A stretch of 64,000 bases of DNA from NCBI RefSeq assembly GCF_009914755.1, contig NC_060939.1; one strand, written 5' to 3'. Each line of letters starts with the position of its first letter. Position 1 is the stretch's first letter. This DNA comes from the human T2T-CHM13v2.0 reference genome, Homo sapiens. Position numbers and translations under genes: made by a program. Shown in pieces: positions 31,936-47,307 of the stretch. The notes under the pieces were generated by a model. It did not search any database and was not told where the DNA came from. It worked only from the letters and a program-made list of their open reading frames with translations.

Positions 31936-32227
31936 CAGTGCTACTCAAAATGCGGTGAGCAAACTAGCACTGGTCCTCAAACTTTTTGTTATATGTCATG
32001 ATGTAGTAAGTAGAGAAAGTGAAAATAAGCCTTTAGAATCTTTTATGTTAATCTGTCAAGTAATTGCATGTCTATTGGATCTCCTAACAAACTGGGGGCT
32101 TACATTTTATGTGTGTCTTTTTAAATTTCATTTTTTGACTAATTCATTTCTTATTTTACAAATTTGTCCATCCATGACAAATTGGGGAAAAACTAGGAAC
32201 TCAAAACAGATAGTTTGATAAACACCA
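31936..32227 (+). mobile_element. hAT-Charlie-type MITE
   Basis: Imperfect termini cagtgctactcaaa ... tttgataaacacca; subfamily not determined. Confidence 0.55.
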
Positions 32228-33119
32228 TTCTAGAATGTTGTAAAATAAATGATGAGTTAAATAGAAGCCACTTCTACACTGTAGTATTCTTACCTGGAAA
32301 GTGGATGTAACAGTAGTACTTCCCTCCTGGGGCTGGATCTGAGACTTAAGGGAAGATATATGTATGTAAGGTACTTAGCACTATTCCTGCTTTTGGTAAA
32401 TGCCCTCCAAAACATTAGCTCTTAGTAATATTGAATAACAAAGGCTTGAGGAGGTGCCATTATGTGCACATGGGACATCGTTTGTTTGCAATGACTTTTC
32501 AATGAAATCCTCCATCTACACGTGATCTTCTGGAATCAGACCAACTGATTTCACAGATCAAGAGTTCATTTACCATTGACTTCCATGAAGGGACCAACAT
32601 TTGGCTTTTGGTCTTCCCTGACCTTTTAGCATAACTACTTCATCATTATGGTGTAAAACATCCTTCCATCGCAGGATTCCTTTGTTTTCCTTAAGTCATT
32701 AAACTGAGTAATTGCTGCAGGCCTAAACAATTGAATTATTCTGATCTTTATTGTTTGCTAGGAGCTTGTATTATTTGGGGGCCAACATAAAAATGACTTG
32801 TCACTCAAGGATGGCAAGTATAGAGACATAAACTTTGGTTTCAAGAGATATATTACTTAAGGTGGTGGCCCATTGTACAAAGTAAAAAATATAACATCTT
32901 TTCTAGTCAAAGTGGCCAAAGAATATTTTTCAAAGTGTGTTTTGGCTACATGTCAAAATTGAAGGTCATTGTCCCTTTAACAGTCATCTGGTGGCCAAAG
33001 AAAGCAGCCAGCTATTTCAGGCCGTTTCACAGAATAAATGCGTAACTGAGGATAATTCAACCAAAAAGTTTTCTAAATCATTTTTGAATTACAATACAAT
33101 ACACACAATACAATACAGT

Positions 33120-33350
33120 GCAATAGAGAACATGAGGCTTTATACTCAGAGTAACTTGGGTTCAAATCACAGTTTTGCAACTTAGTAGTTGGACACATCA
33201 TGTAAGTTCTTACTCTCTTTGAGTCTCAGTTTCCTAATCTGTAAATCAGGGACTATAAACTCTATAGCATAGGGTCACTGTGAAGATTAAGTGAGATAAG
33301 GTATAATAGGATAATGACTATGCATAATAGGGGCTCAAATAATATTAGCT
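33120..33350 (+). mobile_element. MIR SINE
   Basis: gggttcaaatc...tgagtctcagtttcctaatctgtaaa...gtgaagattaagtgagataa. Confidence 0.75.
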
Positions 33351-34499
33351 CCCTTCTTTTTCTCTATCCAGTTAATAAACTTCAATTATTTTTTTTAAAT
33401 CCATGTGATAACTTTGAGACTCCATCAAAAGAATCAGATTTTACAATATATAAAAACAATATGTCAGTATTTATTTTTTAAAACATGCATTGGCTCTGGC
33501 AGACTCAGTGAACAACAGTCTGTTTGAAAACATGACTGACTCTTTCCAAGGTCAAACATCCTCAACTCCTTTTACTCTGCCCAGAACTCTTTGCTCCAAC
33601 CAGAATAACTTTCCCATGCATGTGACTGGCTCATTCCTACTTTTAGTCTTTTGTGTTAGTGCCCTTCGTGAAATGACCTTTAGATGCCTCCCTGCCAAAC
33701 TCCATACTCCTTTAAAGTTGTTCAACAGTCATGTCATCCAAAAATTGGCAGAAAGAAATCTAGTTAAGTGATTCACTCCGGTCCATCCAGGACTATAGGT
33801 TCTTCCAGGGAGCTGTACTGGTCCCCAGTTTGACACATTTTTTTGCTGATTTCCTCTACCTTTTCCATAGTTTTAGATTCTTTCTCCCATTGAGGACATT
33901 CAGAATTAGAGAGGCTATCAGTTGCTAAAGGCCACACATTTTATGGCTGATTTTAAACAGGCAGCCTGTTCTTTGGGTTTTTAGTTTGGTGTTTTCATTT
34001 CGTGATTCTACTCCATTTAGTGGGGAAATGGTATTGCTGGCTGACTAAGAAACAGTGTGGAACTTCAGGAATGGAGAGGCAGCTCTAGAAGAAGTAACAG
34101 CAATAGATGAGGGGCATGGGATATGACGAGAGATGGGAGCAAGCTGGAAGGAGGCTAAGGGAGGGAGAAAAGATGCCTCAGAGGAATAATCAGCTTATTC
34201 TAGCCATTTCACATTACAAGAAAAAAAAACCTAAACAACAACAACTAGAAATTTTTGCTTTGCTTCTATTTTGTGCCTAATAAACAACACTACTGTCACT
34301 GCCAATGAAAACAGCAACATAACTGTGGTTTTTTCCCAGCACTAATTCTAAACCATCTACTGGATTTGGGTCAAAATTATAAACTGCCAACATGTTAAAA
34401 ATAAAAACAGAAAAACAAACCTGGCATTTTTCTGATGGGTTGTGATGGTGAATGCAGGACAAGAGCCAGAGAGAAGAGCTGCTATAAAAATAACTGGTG

Positions 34500-34668
34500 T
34501 AACACACCAGGGCCTACTGGGGGGTTGGGGGTGAGGGGAGGGAACTTAGAGGACGAGTCAATAGGTGCAGCATACCACCATGGCACATGTATACCTATGT
34601 AACAAACCTGCACGTTCTGTACATGTATCCCGTTTTGTTTTTGTTTTTGTTTTAGAAGAAAAAAAAAA
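34500..34668 (+). mobile_element. 5'-truncated primate L1PA 3' end (~170 bp)
   Basis: G-rich tract then ccaccatggcacatgtatacctatgtaacaaacctgcacgttctg, A tail, TSD aaaaa(t/a)aactggtg. Confidence 0.9.
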
Positions 34669-35149
34669 CTGGTGCAAACATCCTTGAACTGCTGTTTTCT
34701 ATAAAAATCTGATGGCTGTGAAGGAAAGAGTAAAGTTGGGAAGGAGAAAGGAATGAGGATCAAGTGGTGTCTGCTTATCGTCAGCTAGCTTTCATGTAAA
34801 AGTCATGGCAGGGTCAGCAACAAACTAGCCAGGTGGCAACTCCAGGCCACGCTGCCATAAATAAATAGTTATGTACTAATGTCACACAATCAGAGCTAGA
34901 TGCAAAGCATATGGGAAGAAAACATTCTGATGTCAATATTCAGGAAAAACTATGGTTGTTAAATTCAGGATCCACTGTTGGTATTGGATTTTGAGATGCC
35001 TCAGAAAATTAAAAGTAGTGAAGTTTTTAAAAACCAAGGCTAAAAGATTCTTTGAAATGTACAATATTCCCTTTAAAAAAAATCCTTAACCTTTGGCTTA
35101 AGACAGTGTGACTATTTGATGTAATAATTAAGCATTACTGAAAGTTGGC

Positions 35150-35370
35150 AAGAGCACTGACTCTGGAACCAAATTTCAGGAGTTTAAATCTTACTACTGC
35201 TACTTATCCTCATGACCTCTAGAAGTTCCTTAACCTTTTCATGTCTTAGTTTTTTCACTCTGTACAAAAGGGAAGAGGAGGATAACAGCAATAGTACCTG
35301 CCTGGCAGGAAGTTATGAGGATTAAGCGAGTCTGTGCATGGGGAGCCTGTAAAACAATACCTAGTAAACG
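35150..35370 (+). mobile_element. MIR SINE
   Basis: agagcactgactctggaacc...ttccttaacct...ttatgaggattaagcgag. Confidence 0.7.
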
Positions 35371-35531
35371 CCCTGTCCATTTTTATCAAGTAGTCTTACT
35401 TAGCCTATTTATTTATGGCCAAAACCGCAGTTGCTTTTGCACCAACCTAATATTTCACATAGACTATCCTCTAGACACCACGCTATATAATCTTTTATTT
35501 GTACCAGCCTATTAATCTTAAAAACAGCCCA

Positions 35532-35835
<304 letters not shown>

Positions 35836-36277
35836 AAAACACCTCCATGAATTAAATCAGTTTTACAGACAAAAGAAATGAGGCTTCGATGGATTAAGGA
35901 ATTTATTCAAGGAGGTATATCTAAAACTTCCAACCCAGGCATTATTCCAGATGAAAAATTTTAAACCACTTACAGGTTCTCTAAAGTCTAAGCACCTTTG
36001 CTTTCGTTTGCTTAAATTGTTGAAATCAGAAGAGAAACACAACACATGACCTTCTAAGAACCAAACAGATTTTAGAAAAGAGATTAAATGAGGGACTGAT
36101 ATCCCAACAAATTGCTTTAGGAGAACTGAGATCCATTCACAATACATATAGAAAACAAAAAAAGATTGGCTCATTACTCCAAACATTTATTGAGCGCCTA
36201 CTATTTTCTGAGAACTGGGGTTACAATAAGATGCGATTTTAGACCTTGAGCAGCTAACTGCAAGGAGTGAAAGTGAC

Positions 36278-36575
36278 TTTTTTTTTTTTTGTTTTTGAGA
36301 CGGAGTCTCGCTGTCGCCCAGGCTGGAGTGCAGTGGCGCGATCTTGGCTCACTGCAAGCTCTGCCTCTCGGGTTCACGCCATTCTCCTGCCTCGGCCTCC
36401 TGAGTAGCTGGGACTACAGGCGCCCGCCACCACGCCCGGCTAATTTTTTGTATTTTTAGTAGAGACGGGGTTTCACCGTGTTAGCCAGGATGGTCTCGAT
36501 CTCCTGACCTCGTGATCCGCCCGCCTCGGCCTCCGAAAGTGCTGGGATTACAGGCGTGAGCCACCGCGCCCGGCC
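36278..36575 (-). mobile_element. AluY, CpG-intact, adjoining the CpG island
   Basis: Near-consensus AluY; TSD aaagtgac (36270-36277 / 36577-36584). Confidence 0.96.
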
Positions 36576-36589
36576 AAAAGTGACATTCT

Positions 36590-37680
<1,091 letters not shown>

Positions 37681-39115
37681 GGCAGCCTCCCAAGGCCTTG
37701 CAATTAAATTCAAGTCAACAGATATTTATGGAAAACGTGGTACGTGCTAGGTGATGGGTGAACATAGTAGGTGCTTCATAAATGACCAGAGGTTAATTGA
37801 CAGATACTAGGAATGAATGATGGGTGGGAATATGAATTGTAGATTCGAAAGGAGCAAATGGAGGACCCTTTTCAATTGGCCGTTGGAAACAAACAAGGGA
37901 GCATAGAGGTAAAGCGGCTTCATACTGTTTGACTGTGGCTTGTACTGTTAACTGTGGAATTAAGTGACCTCAAGGGTTCTCAATCCAATCAGAGAGCAGG
38001 GTACCCAGGGATTCCACTCTTGGGTCATTGGCCATTTGAACAACCAGATCTAAAGTTTCTCCATATATGTTATGCATACACACATTCCGGGTGTATTTCA
38101 TACTTCCTCCCCCAAACACTTCTTTTTTCAGCGATTTTAGAATTATCCAACTTTCTAAGAAAGGACTTTGGGAATTATGTAGATTTCTCATTTTAATGAA
38201 GTGGAAACTGAGACCCCAACATTACATGAGGAACCAGTTGAGGACAACCAGGTCACTGTATTTATGTTGTGTTAAAAGCAGAGAATGTTTGTTTACTTTT
38301 TTCCTAATGAAAAACCAAATCCAAACCTGTACCATTTTGTTTTGTGGCACTGAGCATGGTTATTCCTAATGGAGAGCTTCCCCATCCTTGACGTATTCAG
38401 TCCCTGAACAAACACGACAGAAGTAATTTCTTGAGAAAAGAAAGGTAATTGGATAATAGGTATCAAAGTACAAATTGAAGCATAAGTTTAAGTTCTGTTA
38501 TGACTTTGCTTTTTGAAGGACTTGGTTTTCCTAGTCTGTAAAATGAAGGAGTCTCTTTTCAATATTATCCAGATTTGATTTAGGGCAATATTTATCCCTT
38601 TATAGCCTTTAGTATTTTATCAGACTTGCTAAGAAGGAACAAAATTGACACATAATTTAATTTTCTGTCATTAACTCTTGCCAGTTCTGCACATGAACAG
38701 TGAAATGGGTGAAGACTGGTCAGCCAAGGGAATAGGTAGATTTTTCTGGGCAGTTTTAAGAAAGAGCATACATTTTGATATTCTCCTCTCACTATGTATG
38801 CAATCACTTGTAATTTTGCTTTTTTTTCTCTTCCTCTCCCTCTTTTTCTCTTTTTCGTTCTTTTCTCTAGCAAATACCTTGTCTTCTCTATAATAAGTAA
38901 GTGTCTGTTACTTTAATCAACACTTACAAAAGCCTCCCTTCTGTCTGGTGTATTCTCTTATGCTCTTTTCTTTCTTATTCATGATATACTCAAATCTTTT
39001 TCACTTCTCCCAAATGCCATACAGGGAATAAATAACAACTCTCCTTCCACAGGAAACTTTATTTAGAGAGAGCTGAACTACTAATCCGCAAAAGAAGGGA
39101 TTAAAGAGCTATTTA

Positions 39116-39325
<210 letters not shown>

Positions 39326-39329
39326 ACAT

Positions 39330-40218
39330 CAAGGTGATTGTTACCTTGTTGCATTACAATCCATTGGCCTATTTTGAACTTGAATGGATCTTTTACCCAT
39401 GCCTGATTTGTTATCATCGTGCATTATTCCTTTGTAAAATGTTGCTTGTGAGTTGTGCAGATCTTACAAATGTCACCTTTCATTATACAATATCAAAAAA
39501 TTACATTTGTTAATATCATCTCTAATCTCATCAGAAGTCTGTAAGATTTGAAGCTGTCAAGCTTGTGGTGATGGATATGAGCATTCCAGTATTTGAATTT
39601 TCCCTTGAAAGCTCAAATTTTATCATTGGCAACAAATGCTATTAGTTGTTTTCCTTGAAATGACAGGCTCACATTGTTTATTTTTGAGAAAGTGTCTGCC
39701 AGATACTTAAATCTGAATAATATACTTTGTTATCATTAATTCAAGTAAAAATGGTGTTCCCTAGAAAAAGTAGCTAGTTCAGCTCTCAAACAGTCATACA
39801 AGTGCTTTCCTGGGAGGCAACCATCATACTTTGATATGAAGTATATGTGCTTTGTATTTACTCTAGTCATACAGAATGTTAAAAGGTTGTGTATTCAAGG
39901 GTTGAGATTTAATGCAATTAATAAGAGAATATTCTTTAGTGAAAGTCTTGTTTTGTTTTGTTTTTCCTGCACGTGTGTGGCAGTGAATACAGTGACTACT
40001 AGTACAGTTATGATGCCTATGATTTGTGCCTTGTTTTATGCTCAGGAGCTGGCAGTTTTACTCACCATTGTTTTTGTACCATAAGTCCAAATGTGAATAC
40101 AGCGCAAAAGGAAAATAATATCTTGCTATTTTTATAAAAATAGTCGTGTTGACCCTGTAGACCTGTGAGAGGGTCTCAGGGACTCCAAGTCCACAGCCAC
40201 ACTTAGACAATCACTAGC
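39330..40218. mobile_element. Charlie1/1a hAT DNA transposon fragment
   Basis: gaagctgtcaagct...gaaagctcaaattttatcattggcaacaaat...aaaatggtgttcc...gggtctcaggga...cacacttagacaatcact terminus. Confidence 0.85.
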
Positions 40219-40219
40219 T

Positions 40220-40870
40220 AATTCAAATCAAAGCATAATTATGTTTTCAAGGATTTTGATGTATACTGACAAATTTAAAAAAATTGTACTAGTCCTTTTA
40301 CTAGCAGAGCGTGAGAGTCTCTGTCTCTGCAACTTTTCCAGTATTGAGAAGAGTCATTATTTAATCTTTAATATGTTCAATCAAGAATGACATCTTGTAG
40401 TTAGCATTTTAAAAATTATTATAGGTTGTACCTTTTTCCAAATTTTTTTGACCACTTAATTTTCCTTTGAATTACCTGTTTGGTATCCTTTGCCTAATTT
40501 TCTGTTGGCATGTCTGTTGTTATTGTTTATTGATTTATTACTTATTGATCTGCATATGTTCAGGATGCTGGTCCTATATATGTCATATTTGTTGCATAAA
40601 TTTTCTCAGTTGTTTGATTTTAAATATTGTTCTGCTTTTGATATGGTTAACTTTTAAATGTATGCTTTTTTTTTCTGACATTTTTGCCTTTATACTTAGG
40701 AAGTTCTTTTCTGTCCTAATATATGAAAGAAAAAAATATTTCACCTAAATTTTCTTTTAGATTCTTTATGGCTTTGTTTTTTATTCTTAATTTTTAAATC
40801 TTTCTGGCTGAAATTTATTTTAGTAAATGCTGAGAGGTGAAAATGTAGCTTAATTTTTTCTCCAGCTTAA
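40220..40870 (-). mobile_element. L1ME-type fragment
   Basis: T-rich antisense L1 ORF2-like sequence. Confidence 0.6.
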
Positions 40871-41255
40871 TTTTTCCTCTTACTGTGACTTCTGGGGTAG
40901 CCTCACTTCTTCATGGCTTGTTTTGATTGAAGTTACAAAATTATGTTTTTTCAAGTCACTGTGTTTTACGTGGTCTCAGAATCCTTCACTTTAAAATGAA
41001 GGAGTAGGACTTTGTGATCTGTAATATCTTACAACTCCAAAATTCACCCTCATTCTATTTTCGTTTCTACAGTTTTACCATACAGTAAGTCATCATTTAA
41101 TGTCTTCGGTAGGGCTTTGGAGACTGCAACTTTAAGTGAAACAATGTATAATGAGAGCAATTTTACCATATGCTAATTGTTATAAACAAGAATTAAGTTC
41201 CTATAGCATATTTCTGGTCATAATAACATCACCAAACTTCTAAATAAAGACCCAA

Positions 41256-41623
<368 letters not shown>

Positions 41624-41759
41624 TTATTTACCCAATTTTTGGTGAATCAGTGAGTGATGGTGGTCATAGTGGTGGTGGATTAAATCTAAGAGTATGTGTT
41701 TGCAAAGTGAAATTTGTGAGAAGCACCTCTTACCACCATGTATTCAAAAGCAAACAATA

Positions 41760-41971
41760 GCCTGTTCAACAGAGCGAGACCCTGTCTCTTCAAAAAAATT
41801 TAAAAATTAGCCAGGTGTGGTGGTACATGCTTGTAGTCCCAGCAACTCAGGATGCTAAGGTGAGAAGATTGCTTAAGCCTGGGAGTTTGAGGCTGCAGTG
41901 AGTTAGGAACGTGCCACTGCAGTCCAGCCTGAGCCACAACAGTTAGACTCTGTCTCTAAAAACAAAAAACA
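41760..41971 (+). mobile_element. 5'-truncated AluJ within MER6
   Basis: 14-bp TSD aaaagcaaacaata (41746-41759 / 41972-41985). Confidence 0.9.
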
Positions 41972-42667
41972 AAAAGCAAACAATAACAAATGTGGTGAGC
42001 TTGCTGAGCACTTGTGTACTGCATCTTTATTGTCATGCGTTTGTATGATTATCATAGATTTATGAATTTTTATTTTACCGTAATTTGTATTCATTCATTT
42101 ATTCACTTATTCATTCATTTATTTACCAACCCGCTTATTCCAGTTTAGGATTCTGAGTGGCCTCTGGCAGCTCAGGCTGCAAGGTATGAAGCCATCCCAG
42201 CACGGGACACGCTCACACACACTCCCATACTCACTCACACTGGGGCTATTTAGACATGCCAGTTCTGCAGACACGTACATCATTGAGATGTGGAAGGAAA
42301 CCAGAGTACTGGGAGAAAGTTCACGCAGATGTCAGGAGAACATGCAAACTCCACACAGACAGTGGCCCCAGCCAGGAAACAATTTTTAAAAATACTCATC
42401 AACTTTATAACAAAATAATGTTGAACAAAATAACGTTATTTGAAGACTTTCTGTAATGGGCCCTTTGGCACCTGAAACATAGGACATACTACATTTGAAG
42501 TACTTGCTAGAGGACACATTTATTGATTGACATTTTTTAATCTTTCTTGTGGACATTCTTAGAAGCCCCTAGTCCAATCAGCTGTTACTTATAAGGTTAT
42601 ATTTTACATTATAATTTCCTGCCCAAACACTACATATATATTTGATTATTTGTTACTTTTGGGAGAG

Positions 42668-43915
42668 TTTTTGAGACAATTTTAAGCTTGCAGAAAAGTT
42701 GCAGAAATATTACAGAGAATTCTCATATACCCTTCACCCAGCTTCTCTTAATGTTAACATTACCATGGTACGATTGTCAAAATCAGTAAGTTAATTTTAA
42801 TGCAATATCATTAATCTACAGACACATTTTTTGAACTTTGCTAGTTTTTTCACTGATGTCCCTTTTCTAGGATCACACGTTGGATTTAATTGTAGTGTCT
42901 TAAGTCATTTCCAATCTGTGACAGTTTCTTACTATTTCTTTGTCTTTTATGATTTTGACACTTTTGAAGAGTACTGGTCAATTTTATAGAATGTCCTTTC
43001 CTTTGTGTTTGATGTTTATTTTCTCATGGTTAGATTGAGGGTAAACACTTTTGGCAAGAGTACCCTGGAAGTGATGGTGTGACCTACTTAGTGCATTACA
43101 TCAGGGTCTGTGACTTCATATGTCTTATTATTGGAGACGTTAACCTTATTCACTTGATTAAGGTGGTGTCTGCCTTGGTTTGTGCTCAGGAGCTGGTAGT
43201 TCTAATGTTACTTTTATTATTATTATTATTTTTAAATTCTGAAGCTCTTTAATAGCTTTATAATCAACAAATAAAACTAATGGTGTTTTATAATAGGAAA
43301 ATAATTTTGTGATATATGACAATGGCATTGCTTCATAAGGACAAGAAGAAAAATTGGAAATGTACAGTAGAACTAGTATGTTTTACTATAGAGTCTTACA
43401 TATGTATTACTTGAGAGTGGAAATATAACGATAACTTGCTAACCTGTACTATGACTCACAAAACAGGCTCTACCTGACCAAGCTACAATTACTGACTAAA
43501 CCTGAACTCTTTTATCATGAGCTCATTCAGCCTCATGTGCTCAACCCATACTCATAAACTCTGTTCCAGAAACTGCCTAGTTGACAAAGTCTGACCAACA
43601 TCTAGCAGGACCACCTCATGACTAGTTCCGGCTCCTAGAACCTTCTAGTACCTCTTCCCTAATTCTTCATTTTGAGACACTCCACAGTTTGCTTGGTGTG
43701 GGTTTACCTTTGAGTTTTTTTTTTTTTTTTAACTATTACAACTGCACTATAAAGTTACTATTGTTCCTTTTAATAAATACCTTGTGGGGATATACTTTGA
43801 GACTATGCAAATTTCTTGTTTCTCGTCACCCTTTTTCCCATTGATTTTAGCATCCATTGACTTTTTCATGAAGCAGTTATTACTGGTATTTGCCTAATAG
43901 TGATTCTCTATTTCT
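42668..43915 (-). mobile_element. L1MB/MC-type 3' end, split by a ~570-bp composite insert (43175-43744)
   Basis: cagaaaagttgca...cccttcacccagcttc...aaggtggtgtctgcc | cactataaagttact...gattttagcatccattga. Confidence 0.75.
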
Positions 43916-44127
43916 CTCACCAGAATATTCATTTAACCAGTGTCATCCACTGCCACCATTTTATGTGAAACGAACTACCCTACAATTAGCCCACGATTTT
44001 CATTGGTATTTGTAGAGTTTTTCACCACTTAATTAGCATGTGGTCTATAATAGTGTGCTCACTATGTTTGTGGCACTATTTGGGTATTAAAACAACAACA
44101 ACAAACAGCAACAACAATAACAACAAA

Positions 44128-44315
44128 ATAGCTGGGCACCTGTAGTCCTAGTTATTCAGGAGGCTGAGATGTGAGGATCACTTCAGCTCAGGGTTTTGAA
44201 GTTACAGTGCATTATAATTGTGCCTGTGAATAGCCACTGTACTCCAGCATGGGCAACATAGCTGTACTCCAGCATGGGCAACATATTTCTAAAAACAAAA
44301 TAAAACAAAACAAAA
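44128..44315 (+). mobile_element. FLAM/FAM monomer with internal tandem duplication
   Basis: gcctgtgaatagccactgtactccagc (7SL-like); ctgtactccagcatgggcaacata at 44237-44260 and 44262-44285. Confidence 0.8.
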
Positions 44316-46991
44316 TAGGATAATGTAGTAACTAATTTTGGATAGCTTGTAGTCTGAGGAAACTAGTGTAAGACACATCCAATAGCTATGAAGTATTAGA
44401 ATCATAGAATGTTAGAAGCCAAAGGATTCGTTGAATAGTTAGTTCAGATATGGTTAAGTAGCATTCTTAGGATTCAAATAAGTAGAATATACCTTGTTGG
44501 GAATTATTTTGCTAGTAGACCAAGCCCTCTGGCACAAGTTTAATTTTTCCTTGAGTTCCCTTACCATATATTGGTTATTTAGTCGCTGTACTAATGACTC
44601 AAACTCGTGATACCATAAATCGCTAAGCAAATAGATATCTGTATCATTTTGATATATCTTTGCCCTTAGAGATCCTGGCTTAGGTTTTTCTAATGGTGTT
44701 TTCCACATTTTGAAGCATGTTTTTTTTCTTTTTTTCTATCTTGGCCCATATCTCCTACTGTCTTCCTACTCTTGGATTATGACATAGGCAACCATTCACT
44801 CATATGAGGTGCTTTAAATTGCTGTTCCTAGTAAGATCTCAAAAGTAATAGGTAAAAACTTGTTTGAGTGGTCATCCTGTGCTTAAACCAATGTACTTAG
44901 TCATCTTCTTGAAATCCTCACCTCTCTTTACCAGAAAATATTGTGTATTGTGCTGTGTACAGTGTTGAACTTAGTGGTTCTTGGTGGTGAACTTAGGAGT
45001 CCAATCTGGTAAGGAGTGGAGTAGCTAAAAAACTTGCTTGGGACAAGCACAGCAGTTTTACTTGGCTCTTATGCTTATTTGAGGTGGCTTGGTTTACTTG
45101 GTGCTGCCATTGGTTATGGTTGTCTTTTTTGAACAATCCCTCCCACCCCCAATAAATGATGCATTTAAGATGCCTGCTCTTTCCAGAGGGAGTCTCGTAT
45201 TCCATTCTTCTTGCCTCCTATCACAGTTTCTTCCTGAGAAATGATAGAAATAAAAAGCTCTATCTCTTTTTATCTGAGTCACAGTTGTCTCATCTGTAAA
45301 AGGAGAGGTGAAGTCCGACGGCTAGGAAGTAGAGGAAGCAGGATATCAAACCCAAGTAAAGTCAGGCTCCAGAATCTCTTTCTCGCTCTGTTGTCTCTTC
45401 TTGATCAGTTCCTTAAGGCTGTGGTGACGGTGAAGTGAGATAAGGCATGTAAAACAGCGCAGTGTAGAGCTCTCCGTAAGTTTTTAATGAAAAGTAAATA
45501 TGATTTTTGTTAGAAGGTAGTAGCTGATCTACAGTAGAAGAAATGTCTGAGCAGTAACCTTTTGAAACATAAAACACAATTTTGCTTTGAAACAAAGTGC
45601 AGTAGATTTACAGAAAATGAAAATGTTTATATGGAACAGTTGGTTGTATGGCTGAACATGTAAGATTTGATTATCAGTTGAATATTGTATCGTTAACAGA
45701 AACTTCTTTAAGTATTTCACAGTGATATATAATGGCATTTAAAAAAACCTTTTAAACCTAAATTCACTGATTTTTAAGAATGAGGGAGCATTGCAATGCA
45801 TAATTAATACCGTAGGGCTTGGTATACTTAATTGAAATACTATTCCTATTGGCCTTGTTTTTCTCAATTGAAATGAAAGTTGATTCTCAGTTTGTGGTCA
45901 ATTTTCTACACTTCTGATAATGTTGTGGTGGACGTGAGTTCCAGAATAATAAGTGAGAATAGCTCAGAAAGAGAGAGAAAGGCTTTTATTGAACTGGAAA
46001 TTCTACTGATGGTTTTGCCATAGAAATAGAATTAATTTACATGATCTTTAAAATTAATATTCATACACCCAGGAAGGATATCTAGGGTTATTTCTGTATT
46101 AATCATTGGACTAGGTAGGAATGTCTAAGAAAAGAGTATGATTATTTCATGTGTTTTCTTTAGTGATCTTTTACATTTTTTTCTGTATTATTATTATTAT
46201 TTTTTTACTTTGTTGCTACATTGTAGCTTAGCTTTAAAGACTCTTCTGAAAGGTTATTATGTTAGTGTATGGCCCCTTCACTTTCTAAAAGAAGTGTTTA
46301 GCTTTTATTAGATATTTGTGCATCTTTGCATTGTGTAGCTGCGAAAGGGATATGAGCTTGAATTCTTCGCAGAGGAGTATTTGAAGAAAGCCTCAGATAA
46401 TGTTATTCTAAGAAGAATCCACATGCTATAATTATATTTCTTATTAATTTGGGGGGAATTTTCATGTAATTAGAATATTGGCTTTATTTAAAAAATCTAT
46501 ATTCAGGCATCAAACTTTAGTTTACTAAGTAATAACCCTTACCAGAATGATTGCTTGTGCAATAAGGAGAAATTATATATTTCTCTAGGGGAAAAAAAGG
46601 TTCAATAGAAGTATAGTTTAATAATATTTTATTATTTAACTTTTGACAAAGTCGACTGAATTTGCCATTGTTTTTATTACACATTTTGTACAGTTTTGCC
46701 GTATTGGTTGAATTTTCCTTAGAAACAAAACAATCAATATATGCTTTACTAGATTAAATCTGAAAAGTGACCTTAATATATGAAGTCATGCTCTGGTATA
46801 AAGATCATATAGAAGATAGGTAAAGAGTAAATGCTTCTTTATTTTTAATTGTCTTTTTATTGAAGGGAGATGTTTTCAAATGTATACTTGAAGATGTTTC
46901 TCCTTTCTCCATTCTGCTGTCAAGTTGCTTAAACAGTGAGCTGTATATACAGTGAATACATTTAAGCTGCTAGGGTGAAACTCCTAACTGA

Positions 46992-47307
<316 letters not shown>

